Source of the DNA: Bacteroidota bacterium
Lineage (GTDB): Bacteria; Bacteroidota; Bacteroidia; Chitinophagales; JADIYW01
Assembly: GCA_963169645.1 (NCBI GenBank)
Contig: CAUJCO010000013.1
Coordinates: forward strand, 198,142-262,141
Direction of reading: 5' to 3'
Length of the DNA: 64,000 bases
The position numbers and the translations under genes are program-made. Position 1 is the stretch's first letter. The number at the start of each line of letters is the position of its first letter. The notes beneath the pieces are model-generated. The model worked only from the letters and a program-made list of their open reading frames with translations, did not search any database and was not told where the DNA came from. Positions 29,227 to 39,616 of this stretch are shown here, piece after piece.

Positions 29227-29994
29227 GTGAATAAAACCGTCAAAAATATTCTACTACGTATTTCCATTTTATTGGGAATAGTAGTATTTATTGGGTTAAT
29301 GGTGATGGCAAAAATTAATAGAGATAAAAGTAAAATAAAAACAATTCGAGTTGAAATAGATGATTTAAATGGATTATTTTTCACGAATGAAGAACAAGTG
29401 TTGACTACATTAAATAACAGATTTGATGTGTTAGGAAAAAATTTATCGGGAAAAAGTTTAGATAAAATTGAGCGTTCGCTATACATCATTCCACAAGTAA
29501 AATCAGCTAATGCGTTTACGGATGACCAAGGAAATCTCAATATTAAAATCATACAACGTGTACCACTTTTTAGAGTTTACAACTTGCAAGGAAATTCTTT
29601 TTATGTAGATGAGCATAAAATAAAATTTTCAACCACACCAAATTTCACTGCAAATGTTCCTATCGTAAATGGAAAAATAATAGAACGAATGGACTCAACA
29701 CAGCAGCAAATACAGGCTATTGAGCTTAAAAGAGTTTATCGAATTATTAAAGCAGTACAAGAAAATAAAGTATGGAATGCACTCATCGGACAATATTATA
29801 TCAACGAAAAAAATCAGATAGAATTAATCCCACGATTTGGCACAGCCACCATTTTAGTAGGTGATGATAAAAACATCGAACAAAAATTAAAACAGTTGGA
29901 AGTTTTTTATTTCGATGTATTGAAGAAAGTAGGCTGGAATTATTACAAGGTTATAAACATAATGTATAAAAATCAAGTCGTTTGTTTAAAATAA
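29227..29994 (+). CDS. ftsQ: Cell division protein FtsQ (POTRA-containing), GTG start
   Basis: N-terminal TM (ISILLGIVVFIGLMVMA), size, and its slot between murC and ftsA. Sequence conservation is weak, as is usual for FtsQ. Confidence 0.7.
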   Translation: MNKTVKNILLRISILLGIVVFIGLMVMAKINRDKSKIKTIRVEIDDLNGLFFTNEEQVLTTLNNRFDVLGKNLSGKSLDKIERSLYIIPQVKSANAFTDDQGNLNIKIIQRVPLFRVYNLQGNSFYVDEHKIKFSTTPNFTANVPIVNGKIIERMDSTQQQIQAIELKRVYRIIKAVQENKVWNALIGQYYINEKNQIELIPRFGTATILVGDDKNIEQKLKQLEVFYFDVLKKVGWNYYKVINIMYKNQVVCLK

Positions 29995-30005
29995 AAATAT
30001 GAAAT

Positions 30006-31514
30006 ATGCAATTTGAAAAAGTATCAAACTCTGCTATGGAAAAAGTATTAGCAAATCCGACAGAAAACATCGTATGTGCCATTGATATAGGTACATCAAA
30101 AATTGCTGCGTTAGTTGGCAGAAGAAATCAATTCAACAAAATTGAAATTTTAGGAATTGGTAATTGTCCATCTTTTGGTGTGCAACGTGGTGTAGTTGTC
30201 AATATTGCTAAAACGGTTGATGCCATTCGCAAAGCGGTAATGGATGCAGAGCGTCAATCCGGAATTAAATTTACGAAAGTACATGTTGGCATCGCAGGCC
30301 AACACATCAAAAGTATCCAACATCGCGGTATTCTTACTCGCAATAACAACGATACATGGATTAACTATGATGACATCAAAAAACTAAAAGATGAAATGTA
30401 TAAATTGGCATTGCCACCGGGTGATCGCATTTTACACGTTTTACCACAAGAGTATATTGTAGATAATGAACCGGGTATTCACAACGAACCTATCGGAATG
30501 ATGGGAATTCGTTTGGAAGGAAATTTCCATATCATTACAGGTGCTGAAACGGCTATCAAAAATATTGAACGTTGTATCATCGTTGCTGGCTTAGAAGTTG
30601 CCAGCATAGAGTTAGAACCATTAGCTTCTGCCGATGCAGTGTTGAGCCATGAAGAACTGGAAGCGGGTGTTTGCTTAGTAGATATCGGAGGTGGTACAAC
30701 AGATATCGCCATTTTTGAGAATCATGTAATCCGTCACACAGCAGTTATTCCGTTTGGTGGAAACATCATCACTGAAGATTTAAAAGATTTTAAAATACTA
30801 AAAGAACAAGCAGAATTACTAAAAGTGCGTTATGGCAGTGCTATTCCTTTCGAAGAATTAAAAAACAAACACGTTTCCATGTTAGGTGAAGGTAGCAGAT
30901 CAATAGGTAAAAGTGAAGTAAACTTATTAGCAGTATCCAAAGTGATATCTGCCAGAATGAAAGAAATATTAGCCCATGTAAACTATCAAATTAGTTTATC
31001 AAAATACAGCAAAAAATTAATTGGTGGTGTTGTATTAACCGGTGGTGGTTCTCAATTAAAACACTTAACACAATTAACAGAAAAAGAAACCGGACAAAAT
31101 GCACGGTTAGGCCTTCCAAAAGAACACTTAGCGGCATCTAAAAATCCGGATATTGAAAGCCCGATTTATGCTACCGGAATTGGATTGTTAATTCGTGCAT
31201 TTAAAATGAAAGATGAAGAAGCACTTTGCAATGCAGAAAACACACAATTAAACATTGTACCACAAGAAGAAATAAAAGTTGAAACGGAGAAAACAACTAC
31301 TCCTATTGCTACAGATACAAGAGTGAATGTAGATGAACCAATAGAAAAAACTCAAGAGGTAGTTTTCGAGGCAGCAACACCAACTATTAAAGAAGAAGCA
31401 AAAGAGAAGGAACCAATAAGTCAAGACATAACAAGACCATCATTTATATCTACACTCAGTAAACGTTTAAACACGTGGATAAAATCGGATATAGATGATT
31501 TTGAAAGTAAATAA
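30006..31514 (+). CDS. ftsA: Cell division protein FtsA
   Basis: Actin-fold motifs AIDIGTSKIA, VDIGGGTTDIA and VLTGGGSQL. Long C-terminal tail ending in an amphipathic segment. The alternative ATG at 30036 is equally plausible. Confidence 0.9.
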   Translation: MQFEKVSNSAMEKVLANPTENIVCAIDIGTSKIAALVGRRNQFNKIEILGIGNCPSFGVQRGVVVNIAKTVDAIRKAVMDAERQSGIKFTKVHVGIAGQHIKSIQHRGILTRNNNDTWINYDDIKKLKDEMYKLALPPGDRILHVLPQEYIVDNEPGIHNEPIGMMGIRLEGNFHIITGAETAIKNIERCIIVAGLEVASIELEPLASADAVLSHEELEAGVCLVDIGGGTTDIAIFENHVIRHTAVIPFGGNIITEDLKDFKILKEQAELLKVRYGSAIPFEELKNKHVSMLGEGSRSIGKSEVNLLAVSKVISARMKEILAHVNYQISLSKYSKKLIGGVVLTGGGSQLKHLTQLTEKETGQNARLGLPKEHLAASKNPDIESPIYATGIGLLIRAFKMKDEEALCNAENTQLNIVPQEEIKVETEKTTTPIATDTRVNVDEPIEKTQEVVFEAATPTIKEEAKEKEPISQDITRPSFISTLSKRLNTWIKSDIDDFESK

Positions 31515-31534
31515 TAACCATAAAAATTTAGAAA

Positions 31535-33211
31535 ATGGAATTTGAAATGTTCACAGAAAACAGCTCCATCATCAAAGTATTGGGTGTTGGCGGCGGCGGT
31601 TGCAATGCCGTAAACTACATGTACGAGCAAGGCATTCCGGGCGTAAATTTTGGTGTATGCAACACGGATAAACAAGATTTATTGAAAAGTCCGGTACCGA
31701 CAAAAATACAATTAGGAACTAATCTTTTAGAAGGATTAGGAGCCGGCGCTGATCCGGAAGAAGGAAGACGTGCTGCTTTAGAAGCCGAAGAAGAAATACG
31801 CATGTATTTATCTAACAACACCAAAATGGTTTTTGTTACCGCAGGAATGGGTGGCGGAACCGGAACAGGTGGCGCACCTATCGTTGCAAAAATTGCCAAA
31901 GAATTAGGTATCCTTACAGTTGGTATTGTTACGATTCCATTTACCAATGAAGGCAAACCAAAACGTGATAAAGCAGAACGTGGCATCCAAAACATGAAAG
32001 AGAATGTGGATGCTTTAATCGTTGTTTCCAATAATAAATTGTATGATATATTTCCGGACATTGATATCGACGATGCATTCTCTAAAGCAGATGATATTTT
32101 AACAACAGCAGCGAAAGGTATCACTGAAATCATTACGAAGCCGGGCAAAATTAATGTGGACTTCAACGACGTAAAAAGAGTCATGTCTAACAGTGGTGTA
32201 GCAATTATTGGTATTGGTGCCGGCAGTGGCGACAACCGTGCCCACGATGCCATTAACGAAGCAATGAACTCACCCTTATTGGAAGATGCCGATATTTATG
32301 GTGCAAAAGGAGTAGTATTATATATCTCATATGGTTCCGGTATTAAAATGCGGGAGTTAGATTTAATCACAGAAACTATCCAAGCTCAAACACAAACAGA
32401 CTGTGAAATTATTTGGGGTGTTTGTAAAGATGAATCTTTAGGAGATAGCATTGCTATTACATTAGTAGCTACAGGGTTTCAAAGCGGTGAGAGTAGCAAA
32501 GAGCGAAGACAAGTTCAACGCATGAAAGAAGAAAAAGTAGTGTACACATTAGAATCAAACCAACAAACACCAGCTGTAGAAAATAAATCGGAAGAAAAGA
32601 GTATTCCTAAAAATGAAACACCAACCGCAAATATAGAAATGGTAGGTGTGATTGAAAGTGTAAAAAAACAAGAATTAATTATCGAAAATATCCAACCTAC
32701 AAATGAAATTATTCAAGAAGAAAAGGCGTTGGATGTGGACGATGAAGAAGATACATTTATTCTTTCTTTAGATTCAGAAAAAAAAACAAATGAGATAGAA
32801 TTAGAAATAGAAAATCCGTCTCCTAAATTTGATATTCAATTGGTAGATAAGCCTAGAAATAATTTCATCAAAGAGATGGATGAAGAAACGAAAGTTACTG
32901 CTACCGTTGACCATCAGTTTACTTTATTTGAAACACCTTCTAATCAGGAAGTGGGAAATGGTGCTATCGAAAAACAAGATTTAGAACGCGATTTAATTAA
33001 GAAACGCATCACCTTAGATATGGAAAAACACCATATCAGCATATATGAATTAGAAAAAGAACCTGCTTATAAACGATATGGTTTGGAATTAGACAATAAC
33101 ATCCAATCAGATGAATCTAATTTCTCTAATTATATTATTTATAACAACTCAGAAGATCCAACGAAAATAGAGATTCGTCCGAACGCCATGAAGGACATTA
33201 CACTCGATTAA
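31535..33211 (+). CDS. ftsZ: Cell division protein FtsZ with long acidic C-terminal extension
   Basis: GVGGGGCNAVN and GGGTGTGGAP tubulin signature. The core covers ~320 aa, followed by a ~230 aa E/K/N-rich tail. Confidence 0.95.
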   Translation: MEFEMFTENSSIIKVLGVGGGGCNAVNYMYEQGIPGVNFGVCNTDKQDLLKSPVPTKIQLGTNLLEGLGAGADPEEGRRAALEAEEEIRMYLSNNTKMVFVTAGMGGGTGTGGAPIVAKIAKELGILTVGIVTIPFTNEGKPKRDKAERGIQNMKENVDALIVVSNNKLYDIFPDIDIDDAFSKADDILTTAAKGITEIITKPGKINVDFNDVKRVMSNSGVAIIGIGAGSGDNRAHDAINEAMNSPLLEDADIYGAKGVVLYISYGSGIKMRELDLITETIQAQTQTDCEIIWGVCKDESLGDSIAITLVATGFQSGESSKERRQVQRMKEEKVVYTLESNQQTPAVENKSEEKSIPKNETPTANIEMVGVIESVKKQELIIENIQPTNEIIQEEKALDVDDEEDTFILSLDSEKKTNEIELEIENPSPKFDIQLVDKPRNNFIKEMDEETKVTATVDHQFTLFETPSNQEVGNGAIEKQDLERDLIKKRITLDMEKHHISIYELEKEPAYKRYGLELDNNIQSDESNFSNYIIYNNSEDPTKIEIRPNAMKDITLD

Positions 33212-33237
33212 ACAAGTATTTTTTTTGATTCCCCAAC

Positions 33238-33270
33238 TGGCTACATTTTTTAATGTGGCCATTTTTTTTT
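33238..33270 (+). terminator. Intrinsic terminator after ftsZ
   Basis: TGGCTACAT-(loop)-ATGTGGCCA hairpin with one G-U pair, followed by a T9 run at 33262-33270. Confidence 0.65.
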
Positions 33271-33334
33271 AAAGTAGAATGAAGAAAGAAAAAACAATCC
33301 ATTTTAAGCAACAATATCCGTTGCCCAAACAATT

Positions 33335-34033
33335 TTATTTATGATCGTGTTTAACGGCTTTCATCTGAATTAAATCTACCAAGAAGGCAAATGCCATAGA
33401 GAAATAAATATACCCTTTGGGAATTTCAAAATGCATACCTTCTGCTATTAAGGATACACCAATCATCATTAAAAAACACAAAGCTAATATTTTAAAAGAA
33501 GGATGCTTTTTGATGAAATCGCCAATTGGTTTGGATGCCACTAACATGATACCAACAGTGATAATTACTGCCGTGTACATCACCCATAATTCTTTTACCA
33601 TACCGACAGCCGTAATAATAGAATCTACAGAGAAAACTAAATCCAATAAAACAATCTCTGCTAATAAACGGGGAAATCCGGCCTTTTTAGGCACGTCTTC
33701 CAATCCATCTTCTTTAGTTTCTGTTTTATGATATATCTCTTTGGTACTCTTGTAAATCAAGAATAATCCACCCGAAATCAAAATCAAACCTTTGCCGGAA
33801 AAATCAATATCTAATAGGGTAAATAAAGTGGTATCTAATTTTAAAATCCAAGAAATAGCAGCCAATAATGCCAATCGCATCACCATTGCCAACAACAAAC
33901 CGGTAACACGCAATTTGTTTCGTTGTTCGTCGGGTAATCTATCGGATAAAATGGAAATGAAGATGATATTATCTATACCTAAAATTACTTCTAATGCAAT
34001 TAAGGTTACTAAAGGTACTATTGCGTCCACCAT
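33335..34033 (-). CDS. TerC-family integral membrane protein
   Basis: LEVILGIDNIIFISIL and VLLDLVFSVDSIITAVG repeats typical of TerC/Alx; multiple TMs. Confidence 0.85.
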   Translation of the reverse strand: MVDAIVPLVTLIALEVILGIDNIIFISILSDRLPDEQRNKLRVTGLLLAMVMRLALLAAISWILKLDTTLFTLLDIDFSGKGLILISGGLFLIYKSTKEIYHKTETKEDGLEDVPKKAGFPRLLAEIVLLDLVFSVDSIITAVGMVKELWVMYTAVIITVGIMLVASKPIGDFIKKHPSFKILALCFLMMIGVSLIAEGMHFEIPKGYIYFSMAFAFLVDLIQMKAVKHDHK

Positions 34034-34110
34034 AAAAAATTATATTTTTAAGAACAAAGAAAAAGAAAAATAAGTTCAAATAAAATGAAAAAATTTGTTT
34101 TAAATACGAA

Positions 34111-35205
34111 TTAATTTCCGTCTATCATTTTTAAGAAATCATCGAACAAATAACGGGAATCATGTGGTCCGGGTGCTGCTTCGGGATGGTATTGTACTGC
34201 AAAAGCTTTCTTGCCAATAATTTCTAATCCTTCGACCGAGTTATCATTCAAATTAATATGTGTCAAACGGGCTTTGCCAGAATTTTTCAATGCTTCCATA
34301 TCAACAGCAAAACCATGATTTTGTGTTGTTATTTCGCATTTTCCGGTTTTTAAATTCTTCACCGGATGATTGCCACCTCTGTGTCCGTGATGTAATTTAT
34401 ATGTTGGTACGCCTGCTGCTTGTGCTAACATTTGGCTTCCTAAACAAATACCAAAAGTAGGATGATTTACATCTAAAACTTTCTTCATCGTGTCAATAGC
34501 GTAATCCATTGTGCTTGGGTCGCCGGGACCGTTAGAAAAGAAAAAACCATCCGGTTGAAAATCGAGCAATTCGGCATACGTGGTTTTTGCCGGAAATACT
34601 TTCACCAAACAATCTCTTTCGGTAAAGTTGCGCAATATATTTTTTTTCACACCATAATCCAAAGCTGCAATTCTATACTTCGCTTGCTCATCACCCAAAG
34701 TATAGGCTGTTTTAGTAGAGATGATGGAAGACAACTCTAAACCTTCCATACTCGGTACTGATTTCAATGTAGCTTTTAATGCTTCAACATCTGAAATTTC
34801 AGAAGAAACAATAGCATTCATTGCTCCTTTTTCGCGAACATGACGAACGACCGCACGCGTATCAATACCGGTTATTCCGACTAAGTTATTTTCGATAAAA
34901 TAATCTTCAATGGAACTATCTGCTTTTTTACGAGAAAATTGATTGGTATAATCTCTACAAATCAATCCAGAAATTTGAATCTGGTCAGATTCTGCTTCCA
35001 CTTGCTTAATTCCATAATTTCCAACGTGTACATTGGTAGAAATTAATAGTTGACGATAATAACTTGGATCTGTAAACAATTCCTGATAACCCGTCATAGA
35101 TGTATTAAAACAAATTTCTCCGGTTGCGGTACCGATTTTCCCACAAGCATAACCATTAAAAATGGTGCCATCTTCGAGTAATAATATAGCAGGTGTCTGA
35201 TTCAT
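34111..35205 (-). CDS. carA: Carbamoyl-phosphate synthase small (glutamine amidotransferase) subunit
   Basis: MNQTPAILLLEDGTIFNG, catalytic GICLGSQ, HGHRGGNHPV and QYHPEA motifs. Confidence 0.93.
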   Translation of the reverse strand: MNQTPAILLLEDGTIFNGYACGKIGTATGEICFNTSMTGYQELFTDPSYYRQLLISTNVHVGNYGIKQVEAESDQIQISGLICRDYTNQFSRKKADSSIEDYFIENNLVGITGIDTRAVVRHVREKGAMNAIVSSEISDVEALKATLKSVPSMEGLELSSIISTKTAYTLGDEQAKYRIAALDYGVKKNILRNFTERDCLVKVFPAKTTYAELLDFQPDGFFFSNGPGDPSTMDYAIDTMKKVLDVNHPTFGICLGSQMLAQAAGVPTYKLHHGHRGGNHPVKNLKTGKCEITTQNHGFAVDMEALKNSGKARLTHINLNDNSVEGLEIIGKKAFAVQYHPEAAPGPHDSRYLFDDFLKMIDGN

Positions 35206-35221
35206 AAATTTCGTTTTGTAA

Positions 35222-35255
35222 AAATAAAAAAAAGGATAGTGAAAACACTATCCTT
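35222..35255 (-). terminator. Intrinsic terminator after rplQ (end of the ribosomal supercluster)
   Basis: Minus strand reads AAGGATAGTG-TTTT-CACTATCCTT followed by a T-rich tract TTTTTTTTAT (complement of the aaaataaaaaa tract at 35221-35231). Confidence 0.7.
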
Positions 35256-35283
35256 GTATATGAATTAAGAATATCATTACATT

Positions 35284-35811
35284 CTATTCTTCTGTTTTTT
35301 CTGGAGAAGCCGTAGTATCTTCCACTTGTGGTGTAGATTCTTCTACTTTTTCTGCCACAACTTCTGCATTTTCTGCTGTTTTTTTCGCTGCACCGGAACG
35401 ACGTGTTTTCTTTTTCGGTTCTGCCGCTTTGATAGCTTTAGTTGTATACGTTTCATTGAAATCTACCAACTCGATAATTGCCATTTCAGCCGCATCACCC
35501 AAACGTTGCCCTAAGCGTACAATTCTTGTATATCCACCAGGTCTATCACCTACTTTTGGAGCAATTACATCAAACAATTCTTTCGTTGCATGCTTGTCTT
35601 GTAAATAAGAAAACGCTGTACGACGAGAGTGCGTTGTATTGTCTTTAGATTTTGTAATCAAAGGCTCTACATATCCTCTCAATTCTTTTGCTTTTGCTAC
35701 CGTTGTTTCAATTCTTTTGTGTAGAAATAATGCAGAAGATAAGTTCTTCAATAAAGCGGATCTGTGTCCGTATTTTCTACCTAAGTGATTTATTTTATTT
35801 CCGTGTCTCAT
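35284..35811 (-). CDS. rplQ: 50S ribosomal protein L17 (with ~50 aa A/E/K-rich C-terminal tail)
   Basis: [24 protein letters not shown]... is a canonical L17 start; follows rpoA. Confidence 0.95.
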   Translation of the reverse strand: MRHGNKINHLGRKYGHRSALLKNLSSALFLHKRIETTVAKAKELRGYVEPLITKSKDNTTHSRRTAFSYLQDKHATKELFDVIAPKVGDRPGGYTRIVRLGQRLGDAAEMAIIELVDFNETYTTKAIKAAEPKKKTRRSGAAKKTAENAEVVAEKVEESTPQVEDTTASPEKTEE

Positions 35812-35882
35812 TTTATGAATATTAAGTAGTGTGTAATAAATAATCCGACTGTTGGACTATCTTTATTCTACTCATTTATAAT

Positions 35883-36878
35883 TTAGTCTTCTAATTTAAA
35901 TTTTGAAAGATCCATACCGAAGTGCATACCTTTCTCAATAATCAACTCTTCAATTTCTACTAATGACTTACGACCAAAGTTTCTGAATTTCAATAATTCG
36001 TTGGTATCGTATTGAACTAATTCAGATAATGAATTAATTTTAGCAGCTTTTAAGCAGTTGTAAGCACGAACTGAAAGGTCTAAATCTTCCAATGGTGTTT
36101 TCAAAATTTTGCGCATGTGTAAGATATGCTCATCCACTACTTCTTCTTGTCCTTTTTCTTCTGAGTCGAACGTGATGTTTTCATCCGATACTAACATTAA
36201 ATGTTGAATCAAGATTTTAGCAGCTTCTTTTACTGCATCTTCCGGATGAATAGTACCGTCAGTTTTTACGTCTATAATTAATTTTTCAAAGTCTGTACGT
36301 TGCTCCACACGTGTGTTTTCGATTTTATAACGTACATTTTTGATCGGTGTGTAGATAGAATCTACCGGAATTAAACCCACAATAGAACTATCTACATAGT
36401 GCTCTTCAGCAGCTACGTAACCTCTACCTTTACCGATAGAAATTTCTAACTCTAAGTTGACATTTTTTTCCATATTACAAATCACCAAATCAGGATTTGT
36501 TACAGCAAATACGTTTGTATGTGCTTCAATATCGCCTGCAGTAAATTGCTCTTTATTTTTTAAAGAAATATAAATTTTCTCATAGCCGGCATCTGCATCT
36601 TGCAAAATACGTTTCAAACGTACTTGTTTGATGTTTAACACGATTTCAGTAACATCCTCGATAACACCTTTTATAGTAGAAAATTCATGATTAACACCAG
36701 CAATTTTAATATTGGTAATAGCATAACCTTCTAAAGAAGAAAGTAATACTCTACGCAAAGCGTTACCGATGGTATTTCCAAAACCTGGTTCTAATGGTGC
36801 AAACTCGAATGTTCCTTCGAAGTCTGTTGCCTTTTGTAAAAGAATCTTATCCGGTTTTTGAAATGATAAAATAGCCAT
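35883..36878 (-). CDS. rpoA: DNA-directed RNA polymerase alpha subunit
   Basis: [11 protein letters not shown] motif and C-terminal domain ...[10 protein letters not shown]...; alpha-operon position. Confidence 0.96.
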   Translation of the reverse strand: MAILSFQKPDKILLQKATDFEGTFEFAPLEPGFGNTIGNALRRVLLSSLEGYAITNIKIAGVNHEFSTIKGVIEDVTEIVLNIKQVRLKRILQDADAGYEKIYISLKNKEQFTAGDIEAHTNVFAVTNPDLVICNMEKNVNLELEISIGKGRGYVAAEEHYVDSSIVGLIPVDSIYTPIKNVRYKIENTRVEQRTDFEKLIIDVKTDGTIHPEDAVKEAAKILIQHLMLVSDENITFDSEEKGQEEVVDEHILHMRKILKTPLEDLDLSVRAYNCLKAAKINSLSELVQYDTNELLKFRNFGRKSLVEIEELIIEKGMHFGMDLSKFKLED

Positions 36879-36949
36879 ATTTTATTGTTTAATTTTTGAT
36901 GTTTAATAATCTTGTATTTGACATAACAAATACGAGTCAAACGAACGTA

Positions 36950-37558
36950 TTATTTACTATATAACTCGACGATTAATTGCTCTTTAATCGTTTCAGGAAT
37001 TTGGTCTCTGTTTGGAATTTCTACAAATCTACCTTCCAATTTTTCTGTATTCAATTCTAACCAGCCGTATTTTTTCACTCCACCTAATTTCAACGTATCC
37101 TGAACAAAATCTAAGTTTTTAGATTTTTCACGAATACTTACAACATCGCCTATTTTTACTGTGAATGATGGAATATTAACGATTTTTCCATTCACTGTAA
37201 CGTGTTTGTGGTTCACAAACTGACGAGCTGCACTACGTGTAGGAGCAAAACCTAAACGATACACGGTATTATCTAAACGTTGCTCTAACAAACGCAATAA
37301 GTTTTCACCCGGAACGCCGTGTTTACGAGTCGCTTCTTCAAATGTTTTATAGAATTGACGCTCTAACACACCATAGGTGTATTTTGCTTTTTGTTTTTCT
37401 TTTAACTGAATAGAATATTCAGATTTAGATGAACGTTTTTTAGAACTTCCATGCTGACCCGGAGCATATTTTCTTTTTTCAAATGCTTTATCGTAGCCAA
37501 AAATTGGCTCACCAAATGCTCTTGATTTTTTAGTACGAGGTCCTGTATATCTTGCCAT
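36950..37558 (-). CDS. rpsD: 30S ribosomal protein S4
   Basis: [19 protein letters not shown]... with an S4 domain. Confidence 0.96.
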   Translation of the reverse strand: MARYTGPRTKKSRAFGEPIFGYDKAFEKRKYAPGQHGSSKKRSSKSEYSIQLKEKQKAKYTYGVLERQFYKTFEEATRKHGVPGENLLRLLEQRLDNTVYRLGFAPTRSAARQFVNHKHVTVNGKIVNIPSFTVKIGDVVSIREKSKNLDFVQDTLKLGGVKKYGWLELNTEKLEGRFVEIPNRDQIPETIKEQLIVELYSK

Positions 37559-37623
37559 AACTTATTTAAAATTTAAGATTGGAGATTTGATGTGTTACAA
37601 ATTTCAATCTATGCTATTAATTA

Positions 37624-38016
37624 TTATACTCTACGTTTTTTAGGTGGACGACAACCATTGTGTGGTAATGGAGTAACATCGCGGATAATAGTAACTTCGA
37701 TACCAGCTACTCCGATAGTACGAATAGCCGATTCACGACCACCGCCCGGTCCTTTAACAAACACTTCTACCTTACGCAATCCTGCTTCGTATGCTTTTGT
37801 TCCTGCATCTTGAGCTGCCATCTGAGCAGCGTACGGCGTACTTTTTTTAGAACCTCTAAATCCACATTTACCGGCGCTACTCCAAGAAATCACTTGGCCT
37901 GCTTTATTGGTGTAAGAGATAATGATGTTATTAAATGTTGCTTTAATATAAGCGTAGCCTTCGGCTTCCACTTTCACCACTCTTTTTTTCGTTGTCTTTT
38001 TAGTTGCTTGTGCCAT
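37624..38016 (-). CDS. rpsK: 30S ribosomal protein S11
   Basis: ...[18 protein letters not shown]..., ...[16 protein letters not shown]. Confidence 0.96.
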   Translation of the reverse strand: MAQATKKTTKKRVVKVEAEGYAYIKATFNNIIISYTNKAGQVISWSSAGKCGFRGSKKSTPYAAQMAAQDAGTKAYEAGLRKVEVFVKGPGGGRESAIRTIGVAGIEVTIIRDVTPLPHNGCRPPKKRRV

Positions 38017-38038
38017 TATATATCAGCTTCAATTTTTA

Positions 38039-38416
38039 TTATTTAGTTACTTTCTTTTTACCGGCAACCGTTTTACGTTTTCCTTTACGGGTACGAGCAT
38101 TACGTTTCGTGCTTTGACCACGAACCGGCAAACCTTTACGATGACGAATACCTCTATAAGAACCGATATCCATTAAACGTTTAATATTCAATTGTGTTTC
38201 TGAACGCAAAGCACCTTCTACTTTCACTTCAGCATTAATAATGTTACGAATAGCTGTTGCTTCGTCGTCATTCCATTCGTGTACTCTTTTCTCCGGATCA
38301 ACACCTGCTTTTTCTAAAATATATTTAGATGTGGAACTGCCGATACCGTAGATGTACGTCAACCCTATGATTCCTCTTTTGTTTTTAGGAAGGTCTATAC
38401 CTGATACTCTTGCCAT
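38039..38416 (-). CDS. rpsM: 30S ribosomal protein S13
   Basis: [26 protein letters not shown]... Confidence 0.96.
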   Translation of the reverse strand: MARVSGIDLPKNKRGIIGLTYIYGIGSSTSKYILEKAGVDPEKRVHEWNDDEATAIRNIINAEVKVEGALRSETQLNIKRLMDIGSYRGIRHRKGLPVRGQSTKRNARTRKGKRKTVAGKKKVTK

Positions 38417-38418
38417 GA

Positions 38419-38535
38419 TTATCCTTGTCTTTGTTTAAATTTTGGATTCTTTTTGTTAACTACATAAATTCTGCCCTTTCTGCGGACGATGATGCAGTCT
38501 TCACTACGTTTTTTCACTGATGCTCTTACCTTCAT
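38419..38535 (-). CDS. rpmJ: 50S ribosomal protein L36
   Basis: Too short for the ORF track. Hand translation of the minus strand gives [38 protein letters not shown]. Lies between infA and rpsM as expected. Confidence 0.9.
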   Translation of the reverse strand: MKVRASVKKRSEDCIIVRRKGRIYVVNKKNPKFKQRQG

Positions 38536-38552
38536 GGTAGTTACTTTTTAGT

Positions 38553-38771
38553 TTATTTATATCTGAAAGTTATTCTTCCTCTGGAGAGATCATAAGGAGA
38601 AATTTCAACTGCGACTCTGTCGCCCGGCAGGATTCGTATATAATTCATACGCATTTTACCGGATATTGTAGCTAAAATTTCGTGGCCGTTTTCTAATTTA
38701 ACGCGGAACATTGCGTTAGAAAGAGCTTCCGTGATCGTACCATCTAATTTTATTAAATCTGTTTTACCCAT
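38553..38771 (-). CDS. infA: Translation initiation factor IF-1
   Basis: [41 protein letters not shown]... Confidence 0.96.
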   Translation of the reverse strand: MGKTDLIKLDGTITEALSNAMFRVKLENGHEILATISGKMRMNYIRILPGDRVAVEISPYDLSRGRITFRYK

Positions 38772-38784
38772 AAATTTCGGACTG

Positions 38785-38792
38785 CAAATATC
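38785..38792 (-). promoter_or_regulatory. Internal -7 promoter-like box GATATTTG between map and infA
   Basis: rc of caaatatc, 13 nt upstream of the infA ATG. Embedded in a 17-nt string identical to the rpsL promoter/leader (see findings). One base off TAnnTTTG. Confidence 0.4.
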
Positions 38793-38799
38793 GTAATAA

Positions 38800-39600
38800 T
38801 TATCTGAAATCCTGAATATATTCTGACTTTTTTATCGCTTCGAATATTAAATTATGGTCACTAAGTATGTCTGCCTTCCCTCTTTTCACAGCAATAGTGT
38901 GTTCAAAGTGTGCGGAAGGCTTGCCATCTTTCGCTATTATTGTCCACTTATCGGATAATGTACGTACCTGATAAGTTCCCATATTTATCATTGGTTCTAT
39001 GGCTATTACTAGGCCTTCTTGTAACATAGGACCTTTTCCTCGTTTGCCATAATTGGGTACTTGTGGCTCTTCGTGTAAGTCTTTTCCGATACCATGACCG
39101 ACTAAATCTCGAACGACACCGTACTTATGCGTGAATTCACAGTAATTTTGAATCGCAAATCCGATATCTCCAATTCTGTTACCTACCACCGCCTGTTCTA
39201 TACCAATATAGAGCGAATTAAAGGTTACTTGTAATAGTTTTTTAGCAGTTGCATCTACTTCACCGATGGGAAAAGTAAACGCAGAATCGCCGTGAAAACC
39301 ATTTTTAAACACACCGCAATCGATGGATAGAATATCTCCTTCTTTTATTTCTCTATCGGATGGAAATCCATGAACAACTTGTTCATTTACTGAAATACAT
39401 AAGGTTGCCGGAAAACCACCATAACCTTTAAATGAAGGCGTTGCACCATTATCTCGAATAAATTGCTCCGCTATATCATCTAATTTAGATGTTTTTACGC
39501 CGGGTTTTATATATTCAACCAACAACGCATGTGTTTGGCTAACTAACAAAGAACTCTTTCTTATTAATTCAATTTCATCGGGCGTTTTTAAATGAATCAT
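38800..39600 (-). CDS. map: Type I methionine aminopeptidase
   Basis: Metal ligands in context: ...ILSIDCGV..., ...LVGHGIG..., ...IAIEPM..., ...HFEHT... Confidence 0.94.
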   Translation of the reverse strand: MIHLKTPDEIELIRKSSLLVSQTHALLVEYIKPGVKTSKLDDIAEQFIRDNGATPSFKGYGGFPATLCISVNEQVVHGFPSDREIKEGDILSIDCGVFKNGFHGDSAFTFPIGEVDATAKKLLQVTFNSLYIGIEQAVVGNRIGDIGFAIQNYCEFTHKYGVVRDLVGHGIGKDLHEEPQVPNYGKRGKGPMLQEGLVIAIEPMINMGTYQVRTLSDKWTIIAKDGKPSAHFEHTIAVKRGKADILSDHNLIFEAIKKSEYIQDFR

Positions 39601-39616
39601 CGCACCTAAAATTTAA

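Noticed and set aside
17363-33211. The dcw cluster lacks murF, ddl and murB, which might suggest a deletion or rearrangement.
   Set aside because: The order mraZ-rsmH-ftsL-ftsI-murE-mraY-murD-ftsW-murG-murC-ftsQ-ftsA-ftsZ is, to my knowledge, the normal Bacteroidota arrangement. Intergenic gaps are short and regular.
32500-33211. The ~230-aa acidic C-terminal extension of FtsZ as a fused extra domain.
   Set aside because: It is low-complexity E/K/N/Q-rich sequence with a short EPAYKRYG segment resembling the conserved C-terminal peptide. Long disordered FtsZ linkers are common in this phylum, and nothing suggests a novel fold.
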